Source: an uncultured Actinomycetes bacterium (GTDB taxonomy: Bacteria; Actinomycetota; Thermoleophilia; Solirubrobacterales; 70-9). From it: a stretch of 64,000 nt of DNA. Both the position numbers and the translations under genes were made by a program. Every line of letters begins with the position of its first letter. Within the stretch, counting starts at the first letter, position 1. Where the stretch lies: NCBI GenBank assembly GCA_963701165.1, contig OY969571.1, positions 1,102,599 to 1,166,598 on the forward strand, written 5' to 3'. Positions 1 to 8,102 of the stretch are shown here, in pieces. A model generated the notes under the pieces. It was given only the letters and a program-made list of their open reading frames with translations. It was not told where the DNA came from and did no database searches.

Positions 1-497
1 CGGCTGAGCTGGGCGAGGATGCCGGCGACCCGGCTCGGCACCGTCTGGAAGGACTGGCGGGAGAGGCGGACGTTGGCGGCGCGCAGGCGGCGAACCAGCC
101 CGGCGACCAGCTTGAGTGAGATCTCCGGATGGCGGGCGAGCAGGGCACGGACGTCATTGGCCGGGAGGGCGAGGAGCTCGCCCTCGCTCAGCGCCTCGGC
201 GCTGGCCGAGCGTTTGTCGCCGTCGAGCATCGCCAGCTCGCCGAAGATCTCTCCCGGGCCGAGGGTCGCGAGGGTGATCGCGCGGCCGTCGGAGTGTTCG
301 CGGGTGACCCGGAAGCTGCCCTCCTTGACGATGTAGCAGGCGTCGGAGTCGTCGCCCTCGTGGAAGACCCGGGTGCCGGCGGGGAAGGTGCGCGGAACCG
401 CGACCTGGGAGAAGCGCTGCAGCTCCCCCTCCTCCAGGTCGGCGAAGAGCGTCACGCTCTTCAGCAGCTCGACCGCGGTCTGATCTGCCTCAGGCAC
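1..497 (-). CDS. Crp/Fnr-family cyclic-nucleotide-binding transcriptional regulator, N-terminal part only (gene runs off the left edge)
   Basis: Absent from the ORF track because there is no stop codon inside the window. Own translation of the minus strand from GTG at 497 gives VPEADQTAVELLKSVTLFADLEEGELQRF...GEIFGELAMLDGDKRSASAEAL. This is a cNMP-binding beta-barrel with the FGE and R-[ST]-A motifs. Confidence 0.7.
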   Translation of the reverse strand, partial: MPEADQTAVELLKSVTLFADLEEGELQRFSQVAVPRTFPAGTRVFHEGDDSDACYIVKEGSFRVTREHSDGRAITLATLGPGEIFGELAMLDGDKRSASAEALSEGELLALPANDVRALLARHPEISLKLVAGLVRRLRAANVRLSRQSFQTVPSRVAGILAQLS

Positions 498-544
498 CAG
501 GGCGATTATGTCAGTGGCCTGGCCAGGCAGCCGAATCGGCCTGG

Positions 545-1648
545 CTAGCGACGACGAAGCCACTCGGCGAGGAGCGGATCGAGGAGATAGGGCCTACCGT
601 TGGCGTCGCGCTGGACGTGACGCTCGTCGGCGACCAACCGATCGAGCGCCTCCTGCAGGGTCGATCGCGGAATGCGATGCTCGCCGGCAACGATGCTCCC
701 AGTTGGAGCCTGGCCATCGCTGAGCGCCATCAGGACCACTCGCTCGTTTCTGTCAAAGCTGTCCCACAGTGCTTGCAGGGCGTCCGCCGTATCTCTCAAG
801 GCCAAGTCCACGGCCGCCGCCGCGAGATGCTCCGGATCCTCGCCTCGGTCGAGCAACTCATACAAGTGATGAGCGAGCAGAATCGATCGCTGTGGGTGTC
901 CGCCCGTGAAGGCGAGAAGCTCGTCGACGGCACCGTCGACTTCCAGACCATCCGCCCCTAGCAGAGCTTCGATGTCGTTGGCCGCTTCGTCGAGCGGCAG
1001 AGTGGATAGTTGGAGCGGTCGAGCTTGACCATAAAAAGGCCGCTCGTACTCGGAGAACAAGGCTCGCATCAGCGATGGCTGGCTTCCTGCAAATACATAG
1101 GCAGCGGCCTCGCCGTGGTGTTGAATCACCGAGCGAAACAGTCCGTCGAGAGCATCGTCCGCGACCAGGAGGTCTTGGAACTCGTCGAAGCAGACCACCG
1201 TCAGTTCGCCGTCGCCTTCGTGTATTGCGCGTGGCGCGTCGAGTAGTGCGAGGAGGGCGGCGCGAGCCTGATCGGCCGCCGGACGCGGCGTTTGCGGCGT
1301 CACGGCAAGCCCCACCCCAGCAGCCGAAGCGGTCACACCCAAGCGGCTCGCCCAGCGGCTGACGCTGCGACCTGGCTCGGCCGGCAACTCGCGGTACGCG
1401 CGAGCGACACGAACCGCCACATCTCCCACGGTCGAGACTTTGGAGAAATCGACCCGCACCGCACGATGGCCCGCAGATCGCATGGCGGCGACGTGAGCTT
1501 CGAGCAGGCTGCTCTTGCCAAATCGGCGCGGTGCGGCGAGTCGAACGGCCACGCGGTTTGCCGCCGCCCTCTGGAGCTCGTCCAGCTCGGCCCCGCGGTC
1601 GATAAGACGTGCCGGCGTTATCGGGCCTTGAAAGTTGAACGGATTCAC
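545..1648 (-). CDS. Archaeal-type AAA ATPase (Arch_ATPase/DUF234-like) with a C-terminal winged-helix-like tail
   Basis: 367-aa ORF with a GTG start. Walker A is APRRFGKSSLL and Walker B is VVCFDEFQ. The C-terminal segment STLQEALDRLVADERHVQRD looks like a wHTH. GC is visibly lower than in the neighbours. Confidence 0.6.
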   Translation of the reverse strand: MNPFNFQGPITPARLIDRGAELDELQRAAANRVAVRLAAPRRFGKSSLLEAHVAAMRSAGHRAVRVDFSKVSTVGDVAVRVARAYRELPAEPGRSVSRWASRLGVTASAAGVGLAVTPQTPRPAADQARAALLALLDAPRAIHEGDGELTVVCFDEFQDLLVADDALDGLFRSVIQHHGEAAAYVFAGSQPSLMRALFSEYERPFYGQARPLQLSTLPLDEAANDIEALLGADGLEVDGAVDELLAFTGGHPQRSILLAHHLYELLDRGEDPEHLAAAAVDLALRDTADALQALWDSFDRNERVVLMALSDGQAPTGSIVAGEHRIPRSTLQEALDRLVADERHVQRDANGRPYLLDPLLAEWLRRR

Positions 1649-1658
1649 CGTACTGATT

Positions 1659-1698
1659 GTACGGGACTTCCGTACATGATTGTACGGAAGTCCCGTAC
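1659..1698. promoter_or_regulatory. Perfect 18-bp inverted repeat with a 4-nt loop, lying between the lhr stop and the ATPase start; either a terminator hairpin or an operator
   Basis: GTACGGGACTTCCGTACA (1659..1676), TGAT, TGTACGGAAGTCCCGTAC (1681..1698). All 18 pairs were checked base by base. It is also embedded in an imperfect direct repeat of CCGTAC(A)TGATTGTACGG. Confidence 0.6.
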
Positions 1699-1705
1699 TT
1701 GATCC

Positions 1706-4700
1706 TCAGGCCGAGGCGGTGAGTTTGCGGGGGCCGCGGCTGAAGCCGGCACCGACCAGCGCCTCCTCGTGGCCGGAGCCGATTATCGCCTCGCCGTCCA
1801 GTTTCTCGACCGCGAGTTTCGGGAGCTGGCCGGCGGCGACGGCGTCGGCGAGGGCGCGCATCGCCTCCTCCAGGTCCTTGTCCTGAAGCGGAACGAGGCG
1901 GAGCAGGCCGCGGCCGCCGCGCTCGACGAAGACGAGCGGCTCGCCGTCGCGCAGCAGCAGGTGGGCGCCGGGGGTGCGGCCGGGGCGGCGACCGCCCTCC
2001 AGCTTCGGCCAGGGCAGCGAGGCGCCGTAGGGGTTGGCCGGGTCGGTAGCGGCGAGGACGAGGTAGGAGCCGTCGGCTTGCGGCAGCGAGCGAAGGCGCT
2101 CGACTGCGCCGGGGAGGGCGAACTGGGCGCCGCCAAGGCCCTCGACGAAGTAGCCGCGGCGGGCGGTGCCGAGCAGCTCGAGGTTGCCGAGCTCCCCATA
2201 GAGGGTCGAGAAGCCGCCGGGGATCCCCTCGGCGAGGACGGTCTCGCGGGTGACGATCCCGTAGCGCTCGAGCATCAGCTCGGCCTGTGCACGGAGCTTG
2301 GCGCCGGGCCCGGGGGCGTTGGCGAACAGCGGCTCGGTCAGGGACCAGCGGCCCTGGACGGCGGCGCCGGTGGTCGAGCGGCGGCGGCCGAAGCGGCGGC
2401 CCGGGCGTTCCGAGGGGGGGACGGCGCGCAGGCGCGGGGCGCGCAGTGGCGCGAAGGCGTCATTGGTCACCGCTCCCGTCCAGGCCAGGTCCCAGAGGGC
2501 GTTGTGGATGTCCTCGGCGGGATGGTCGAGGTCGAAGGCAAGGTCGAGCCAGAAGGAGGGCCCGGCGGCGAGCCGCTCGCGTATCGCATCGTGGACCTCT
2601 CCCTGCGGCGTCTCCAGCTTCGCGTTGGCCGGCGGCGGGCCGGCGAGGTGGACGTCCTCGCGGAAGTAGAGGGCAACGCGGCCGTCGTTGCGGCCGAGGG
2701 CGCCGGCTCCGACCCAGACCAGCTCGCCGCTGGTGCAGAGCTCGTCGAGCCAGCTCTGCGAGTAGGCGCCGAGGCGGCGCGGCAGCACGTCCCCCTCCCA
2801 GACTTTCGGCGTCAGCGCCACCCCTTGCAGCGGTACAAGCGCCTCGCGCAGGCGGTCGATCCCGGCGCCGGTCCGCCGGAAGGCGTCGACGTTCTGCCAG
2901 CTCGGCAGGAAGCGGGCCAGCTCGCGAGTGTCGGCGGCCTCGACCTCCTTGCGCAGGCGGGCGAGGCTGGAGCGGCGGACCCGGCGCAGGACTTCGGCGT
3001 CGCACCACTCGCGCTCGGTCCCGCCCGGCAACAGCTCGCCGCGGACCATCGCCCCTTCGGACTCCAGCTCGCGCAGCGGAGGCAGCGGATCGACCCCGTA
3101 GCGCGCGGTCAGCTGCTGGGTCGGGAAGGGACCGTGGGTGCGGGCGTAGCGGCGGACCAAGGCCCGCATCGCATCGGGGTGCTCCTCGAGGAAGGTCTCC
3201 GGCAGCCCGGGCGGCTCGGGGACGCCGAGCGCGTCGCGGTAGAGGCCGGCGTCCTCGGCGGCGATGTAGCGCTCCTCGCCGACGACCCGGACCTTGGCGA
3301 CGCGCCGCTCGGCGACCAGTTTCTCCAGCATCGACTTCGCCGAGTAGCCCTCGGCGACGCGCTCCTCGCACTCCTCCGCGGTGAGGTCGCCGAGGTTCCG
3401 CAGCAGTTGCTGAAGGGCGTCGCGGTCGCCGGCGCGGCCGGCCTCGGTGCGGTTCTGCAGCTGCGCCTCGACCTCTTCCAGCGCCTCGGGGTCGATCAGC
3501 TCGCGCAGCTCCTCCTGGCCGAGCAGCTCGCGCAGCAGGTCGCGGTCGAGAGCCAGCGCCGCCGCCCGCCGCTCGGCGTTCGGCGTGTCCCCCTCGTACA
3601 TGTAGGTGGCGACGTAGTCGAACAGCAGCGAGGAGGCGAAAGGCGAGGCGGTCGGCGTCTCCACCTCGACCAGGGAGAGCGCCCGCGAGTGCAGCTTGCC
3701 GAGCAGGTCGCGCAACGAGGGGAGGTCGAGGACATCCTGCAGGCACTCGCGGTAGGTCTCGAGGATGACCGGGAAGCGGGGAAAGTCCCGCGCCACTTCG
3801 AGCAGGCTCTGCGACTTCAGCCGCTGCTGCCAGAGGGGGGTGCGTTTGCCCGGGTAGGCGCGGGGGATCAGCAGCGAGCGCGAGGCGTTCTCGCGGAAGC
3901 GGGCGCCGAACAGGGCGCTGCCGGAGAGCTCGGAGACGATCAGGTCCTCGATTTCGCCGGGATCGATCAAGACCATGTCGGCCGAGGGCGGCTCGTCGGC
4001 GTCGGGGAGGTGGATGACGATCCCGTCGTCGGACCAGATCGCGTCGGCCTCGAGGTCGCGCTCGGCGCGGATCTTGGCGGCCAGCGCCAGACCCCAGGCG
4101 GAGTGAACGCGGCCACCGTAGGGCGAGAGGATGCAGAGCCGCCAGTCGCCGATCTCGTCGCGGAAGCGCTCGACCACGATCGTCTCGTCGGAGGGGACGA
4201 CGCGGGTCGCCTGCTGCTGCTCGCGCAGGTAGCTGACCAGGTTGTTGGCGGCGCGCTCGTCGAGGTCGTACTCCTTGGCCAGCTCGGCTGGCTCGCGGTT
4301 GACCGCCTCGCGGGCGAAGGCGCCGATCGCCCGGCCCAGCTCGGCAGGGCGGCCGATCCCGTCGCCCTTCCAGAAGGGGACGGCGCCCGGCGCGCCCGGG
4401 GCTGGGGTGACGATCACCCGGTCGCGGGTGATTTCCTCGATCCGCCAGGTGCTGGAGCCGAGCAGGAAGGTCTGGCCAGCGCGGGCCTCGTAGACCATCT
4501 CCTCGTCGAGCTCGCCGACCCGGCGGCCATCGGGCAGGTGGACCCCGAAGAGGCCGCGGTCGGGGATCGTGCCGGCGTTGGTGACGACCAGCTGGCGGGC
4601 GCCTTTGCGGCCGTGGATCGTGCCCTCGGTGCGATCCCAGACGATTCGCGGCCGCAGCTCGGCGAAGCGGTCGGAGGGGTAGCGGCCGTCGAGCATGTCG

Positions 4701-6247
4701 AGCACGTTCTCCAGCTGTTCGCGGGAGAGATCATGGAAAGGCTGGGTGGCAGTCACAAGCCGCTCGACCTCGCCGACCTCCCACTCGTCCAGCGCCGCCA
4801 TCGAGACCAGGTGCTGGGCGAGGACGTCGAGCGGGTTCTGCGGGATCGTCGTCTCCTCGATTTCGGCCTCGCGCATGCGGCGGGCGACGACTGCGCACTC
4901 GAGCAGGTCGCCGCGGTATTTGGGGAAGATCCGGCCCTTGGAGACTTCGCCCATGCGGTGGCCGGCGCGGCCGATCCGCTGCAGGCCGCGGGTCACCGAC
5001 TTCGGCGACTCGACCTGGATCACGAGGTCGACGGCCCCCATGTCGATCCCCAGCTCCAGCGAGGAGGTGGCGACCAGGCAGGGGAGTTCGCCGGACTTGA
5101 GCATCTCCTCGACCACGGTTCGCTCCTCGTGGGAGAGGGAGCCATGGTGGGCGCGGGCGATCTCGACGTAGGCATCCGGGCCGGCGGGTCCTGTCCCCGA
5201 TTTGGAACCACCATCCCTATCGGGATGGTCCCCCAAATCGGCGCCACCCCCCGGCAGGGGCGCATGACCGAGCTGCTCCGTTGCCGGAAGCTCAGATTCC
5301 CCTTCGCCGTTAGCGAGCTCGTTCATTCTCTTCGCTAGCCGCTCCGCCGCTCGGCGGTTGTTGACGAAGATCATCGTCGAGGTGTGTTCCTGGACCAGCT
5401 CCAGAAGCTTGGGGTAGATCGCCGGCCAGATCGAGCGCACGTGGGCGCTGGGCTCGATTTCGGTAGGCGGCGGCCCGTCCTCACTGGGATACGCCGGCGC
5501 CCCCGGATCGGCCATGTCCTCGACCGGCACCACGATCTCCAGGTCCAGAGCCTTCTTCTGCCCGGCATTGACGATCCGGCACTGCTTCTTCGACCCGACG
5601 AGGAACTGGCCTATCCGCTCCAGCGGCCGCTGGGTCGCCGAGAGACCTATCCGCTGGATCTCTTCCCCACCCGCGTTCTTCACGTGGTGGCCGAGTCGCT
5701 CCAGGGTCAAGGCGAGATGGCTGCCCCGCTTGGACTGGGCGACGGCGTGGATCTCATCCACGATCACTGCCTCAACGCCGGTGAGGATGTCGCGGACGCT
5801 GGAGGAGAGCATCAGGTAGAGCGACTCGGGCGTGGTGATGAGGATGTCCGGCGGCGTTTTCGCCATCGCCCGCCGTTCTTTCTGCGAGGTGTCGCCGGTG
5901 CGCAGACCGACGGCGATCTCGGCGCCGATCCCGCGCAGCGGCGCCCGCAGGTTGCGCTCGATGTCGTAGGAGAGCGCTTTCAGCGGCGAGATGTAGACGA
6001 GCTTGACCCCGGTCCCGAGCGAATCCGACCGCGCCAGCTTGTCGATCCCCCAGAGGAAGCTGGCCAGCGTCTTCCCCGACCCGGTCGGGGCGCAGATCAG
6101 CGCGTGCTCGCCGCTGGAGATCGCCTCCCAGCCGCCGGCCTGAGCGGGGGTCGGGCCTTCGAAGGAAGCCTCGAACCAGCGTCGCGTCGCGTCGCTGAAC
6201 GGCGCCAGCGGATCAGATTCCACACTCGTTTTCGCCTTGGAAGCCAA
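1706..6247 (-). CDS. lhr: ATP-dependent DNA helicase Lhr (large helicase-related protein, superfamily 2)
   Basis: 1513 aa, typical Lhr size. Motif I is CAPTGSGKT, motif II is VDEIH, motif III is LSAT and motif VI is QRIGRAGH. A long C-terminal extension is present. The apparent start is TTG at 6247. Confidence 0.9.
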   Translation of the reverse strand: MASKAKTSVESDPLAPFSDATRRWFEASFEGPTPAQAGGWEAISSGEHALICAPTGSGKTLASFLWGIDKLARSDSLGTGVKLVYISPLKALSYDIERNLRAPLRGIGAEIAVGLRTGDTSQKERRAMAKTPPDILITTPESLYLMLSSSVRDILTGVEAVIVDEIHAVAQSKRGSHLALTLERLGHHVKNAGGEEIQRIGLSATQRPLERIGQFLVGSKKQCRIVNAGQKKALDLEIVVPVEDMADPGAPAYPSEDGPPPTEIEPSAHVRSIWPAIYPKLLELVQEHTSTMIFVNNRRAAERLAKRMNELANGEGESELPATEQLGHAPLPGGGADLGDHPDRDGGSKSGTGPAGPDAYVEIARAHHGSLSHEERTVVEEMLKSGELPCLVATSSLELGIDMGAVDLVIQVESPKSVTRGLQRIGRAGHRMGEVSKGRIFPKYRGDLLECAVVARRMREAEIEETTIPQNPLDVLAQHLVSMAALDEWEVGEVERLVTATQPFHDLSREQLENVLDMLDGRYPSDRFAELRPRIVWDRTEGTIHGRKGARQLVVTNAGTIPDRGLFGVHLPDGRRVGELDEEMVYEARAGQTFLLGSSTWRIEEITRDRVIVTPAPGAPGAVPFWKGDGIGRPAELGRAIGAFAREAVNREPAELAKEYDLDERAANNLVSYLREQQQATRVVPSDETIVVERFRDEIGDWRLCILSPYGGRVHSAWGLALAAKIRAERDLEADAIWSDDGIVIHLPDADEPPSADMVLIDPGEIEDLIVSELSGSALFGARFRENASRSLLIPRAYPGKRTPLWQQRLKSQSLLEVARDFPRFPVILETYRECLQDVLDLPSLRDLLGKLHSRALSLVEVETPTASPFASSLLFDYVATYMYEGDTPNAERRAAALALDRDLLRELLGQEELRELIDPEALEEVEAQLQNRTEAGRAGDRDALQQLLRNLGDLTAEECEERVAEGYSAKSMLEKLVAERRVAKVRVVGEERYIAAEDAGLYRDALGVPEPPGLPETFLEEHPDAMRALVRRYARTHGPFPTQQLTARYGVDPLPPLRELESEGAMVRGELLPGGTEREWCDAEVLRRVRRSSLARLRKEVEAADTRELARFLPSWQNVDAFRRTGAGIDRLREALVPLQGVALTPKVWEGDVLPRRLGAYSQSWLDELCTSGELVWVGAGALGRNDGRVALYFREDVHLAGPPPANAKLETPQGEVHDAIRERLAAGPSFWLDLAFDLDHPAEDIHNALWDLAWTGAVTNDAFAPLRAPRLRAVPPSERPGRRFGRRRSTTGAAVQGRWSLTEPLFANAPGPGAKLRAQAELMLERYGIVTRETVLAEGIPGGFSTLYGELGNLELLGTARRGYFVEGLGGAQFALPGAVERLRSLPQADGSYLVLAATDPANPYGASLPWPKLEGGRRPGRTPGAHLLLRDGEPLVFVERGGRGLLRLVPLQDKDLEEAMRALADAVAAGQLPKLAVEKLDGEAIIGSGHEEALVGAGFSRGPRKLTASA

Positions 6248-6348
6248 CCCACCGATCTTACGCAGGTCGGTACGTCGCCCAACCGACGATTGATGAGTTG
6301 ACCACGCTATAGGCGGGTTAACTCATCAATCGCGGCTCAAATATGGGG

Positions 6349-7494
6349 CTAGGGCGTGCCGTCGGTGAGCTTGACGAATTCGAACCAGGACTTGCGGGGC
6401 ACGAAGCCGGGGGCGAAGAGGCCCGAGTGGCTGCAGAAGTTGCAGGCGCCGGGGGCGTCGTCGACCGAGAACCAGAAGACGCTCTTCACCTTCCATTTCA
6501 CCTGCTTGTTGCGGAACGTAGTCAGCGAGGTCTTCAGTTCGCGCGCCTGACCGGCGGGGCCCTTGGCGAAGAGGTTGCCGCTGCTCTTCGGACCGGCGCT
6601 CCAGCCGAGCTCGGTGATCCAGAGCGGCTTGCCGCCGTCTTTGTTCTCGGCCAGGACGTTGCGGAATTCTTCGGTGACTTCCGGCAGTTCCCGGGCGTTG
6701 ATCGTGTACGGGTGCAGAGCGGCGCCGCTGTACCTGGTCTTCAGCCCCGGAGTCGTCTTGTACATCTGCTCGAGGAAGTCGCTCGCGTACCAGTTGAGGC
6801 TTTTGTGTTTGCCGGCGGCGTTGCGGGCGCCTTTCGGCCGGGCGAAGAGGCCGGCGAGGACGACCTGCGCCCCCGGGTCGGCCGCCTTCAGCGCCGTGTA
6901 GGAGATCTTCACCAGCTTTCCGTACTCGGCCGGGTTGGGCTTGGCGATGAAGTACTTGAAGTTCGGCTCGTTCCAGATCTGCCAGGACCGGATCGGTCGT
7001 TGCGGGATGCCGGGGTGCTCGGACCAGAAACTGCCGCTGGGCCCGTAGCGAGCAACGGCGGCGGTCATGAAGGCCGCCCAACCGGTGCGCGCGGCGCCGC
7101 TGACCGGCAGATACGCCGGGGTGAGCAGCCCGCCCGCTCCCGAAACCTTCTTGGTGGGGACGGCCCATTCCGGGGCGCCGGAGAGGAAGGGGAGCACTTT
7201 GATGCCCGCTTTCGCGGCCTCTTCCACCTGGCTGTCGAAGCTTCTCCAGTCGAAGGCGCCGCCCTTGACCGTCTGCACCGAGCCCCAGCCGACCGGGATG
7301 CGGATGCTTTCGGCGCCACCGTTGCCGAGACGCTGATACTGCTCGGCGCTGAGGTTGCTCTGCGGCACGACGCCCCAGAAGCCGGCCGGCAACGCCTGCG
7401 CGGCCGAGGCGAAGATCGTGAAAACCGCGGCGAGGGCTCCAAGGGCCGTCCAGGCGCGCACCATTCTCGTCAATTTCCCGCTCGCTTTCGGCAT
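6349..7494 (-). CDS. Secreted clan GH-A-like (beta/alpha)8 glycoside hydrolase, paralog 1 of 3
   Basis: Signal peptide ...AAVFTIFASAAQA. WQIWNEPNF matches the NEP acid/base motif and WITELGW matches the nucleophile Glu motif. Paralogs lie at 56111..57231 and 58361..59434. Confidence 0.6.
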   Translation of the reverse strand: MPKASGKLTRMVRAWTALGALAAVFTIFASAAQALPAGFWGVVPQSNLSAEQYQRLGNGGAESIRIPVGWGSVQTVKGGAFDWRSFDSQVEEAAKAGIKVLPFLSGAPEWAVPTKKVSGAGGLLTPAYLPVSGAARTGWAAFMTAAVARYGPSGSFWSEHPGIPQRPIRSWQIWNEPNFKYFIAKPNPAEYGKLVKISYTALKAADPGAQVVLAGLFARPKGARNAAGKHKSLNWYASDFLEQMYKTTPGLKTRYSGAALHPYTINARELPEVTEEFRNVLAENKDGGKPLWITELGWSAGPKSSGNLFAKGPAGQARELKTSLTTFRNKQVKWKVKSVFWFSVDDAPGACNFCSHSGLFAPGFVPRKSWFEFVKLTDGTP

Positions 7495-7497
7495 CGG

Positions 7498-8073
7498 TCA
7501 GCCCGCCTTCGGCGAGGAGACGGTGGAACCGGGGTCCTGGCGACGCTGGCGGTAGTAGAAGTAGCCGATCGAGATCGCCGCGAGTACGGCCACCGCGATC
7601 AGAATCGGCACCAGCGGCGAGGAGCCGCCGTCCGACGAGTCGCCGGCGGAGTCCGCCGTGGTTGGCAGCGGCTGCGCGGCATTGATGCTCCCGTCGCCTG
7701 CATTCTGGGAGCCATTGCCGGCCTTCTGGCCGCCGCCGCCCCCGGCTTGGTTACTCTGGCCGCTCGGGGGGCCACCGCCTCCGCCGGAATTGTCGCTCCC
7801 GCCGGGAACAGCAGCGCCCGGCGTATCCGACTTCGAAGCTTCGGATTCGGATTCCGACGGAGCATCGGTACCGCCGGACTTGTGTTTCGACGGAATATTG
7901 GAACCTTGGTCATTGGGCACGGCCGGTACGTCAGTTTCGTACTGGATTCCGCTGTTTTCTTCAGCTTGAGCCAGACCCGGAAAGCAAGCAATTGCCAGCA
8001 CAGCAAGCACTGACAGAAGCGCGAAAACAGGTCGGGCCGAGCTACGGTCGCGGGGGAGGCGGGTCCGAGGCAT
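7498..8073 (-). CDS. Secreted Ser/Gly/Asp-rich low-complexity protein with a C-terminal membrane anchor
   Basis: Signal peptide MPRTRLPRDRSSARPVFALLSVLAVLAIACFPGLAQA. A long S/G-rich middle is followed by the TM helix LVPILIAVAVLAAISIGYFYY and a basic tail. The stop is 3 nt upstream of the GH start. The start is uncertain (8073 or 8097; the ORF extends to 8304). Confidence 0.45.
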   Translation of the reverse strand: MPRTRLPRDRSSARPVFALLSVLAVLAIACFPGLAQAEENSGIQYETDVPAVPNDQGSNIPSKHKSGGTDAPSESESEASKSDTPGAAVPGGSDNSGGGGGPPSGQSNQAGGGGGQKAGNGSQNAGDGSINAAQPLPTTADSAGDSSDGGSSPLVPILIAVAVLAAISIGYFYYRQRRQDPGSTVSSPKAG

Positions 8074-8102
8074 GGCGCGCAAGATTAGAGGAATCATCGG
8101 CG

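Noticed and set aside
5174-5317. About 48-aa Gly/Pro/Asp/Glu-rich insertion in Lhr between the two RecA-like domains (NGEGESELPATEQ...GTGPAGPD); considered as an intein or mobile insert
   Set aside because: It is far too short, has no intein splice motifs (no Cys/Ser...HN-Cys/Ser/Thr boundaries) and has low complexity. A variable linker at this position is known in Lhr homologs as far as I recall.
1769-5338. 1189-aa plus-strand ORF antisense to lhr, with many other long ORFs in the same region (2287..3384, 2460..3746 and others)
   Set aside because: The composition is dominated by Arg/Ala/Gly/Pro/Asp with no motifs, which is typical of stop-poor alternative frames in about 70% GC DNA. The opposite strand encodes a full Lhr with all helicase motifs.
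6267-6287. Possible RecA-NDp/PafBC-type promoter upstream of lhr (minus strand GTCGGTT-N8-TACCGA, against the consensus TGTCRGTG-N8-TANNNT from memory)
   Set aside because: The match is only partial: two mismatches in the upstream box and the invariant final T of the -10 box is missing. It is tempting because a WYL regulator lies at 63408..64000 and lhr is PafBC-regulated in mycobacteria, but it is not strong enough to claim without a genome-wide motif model.
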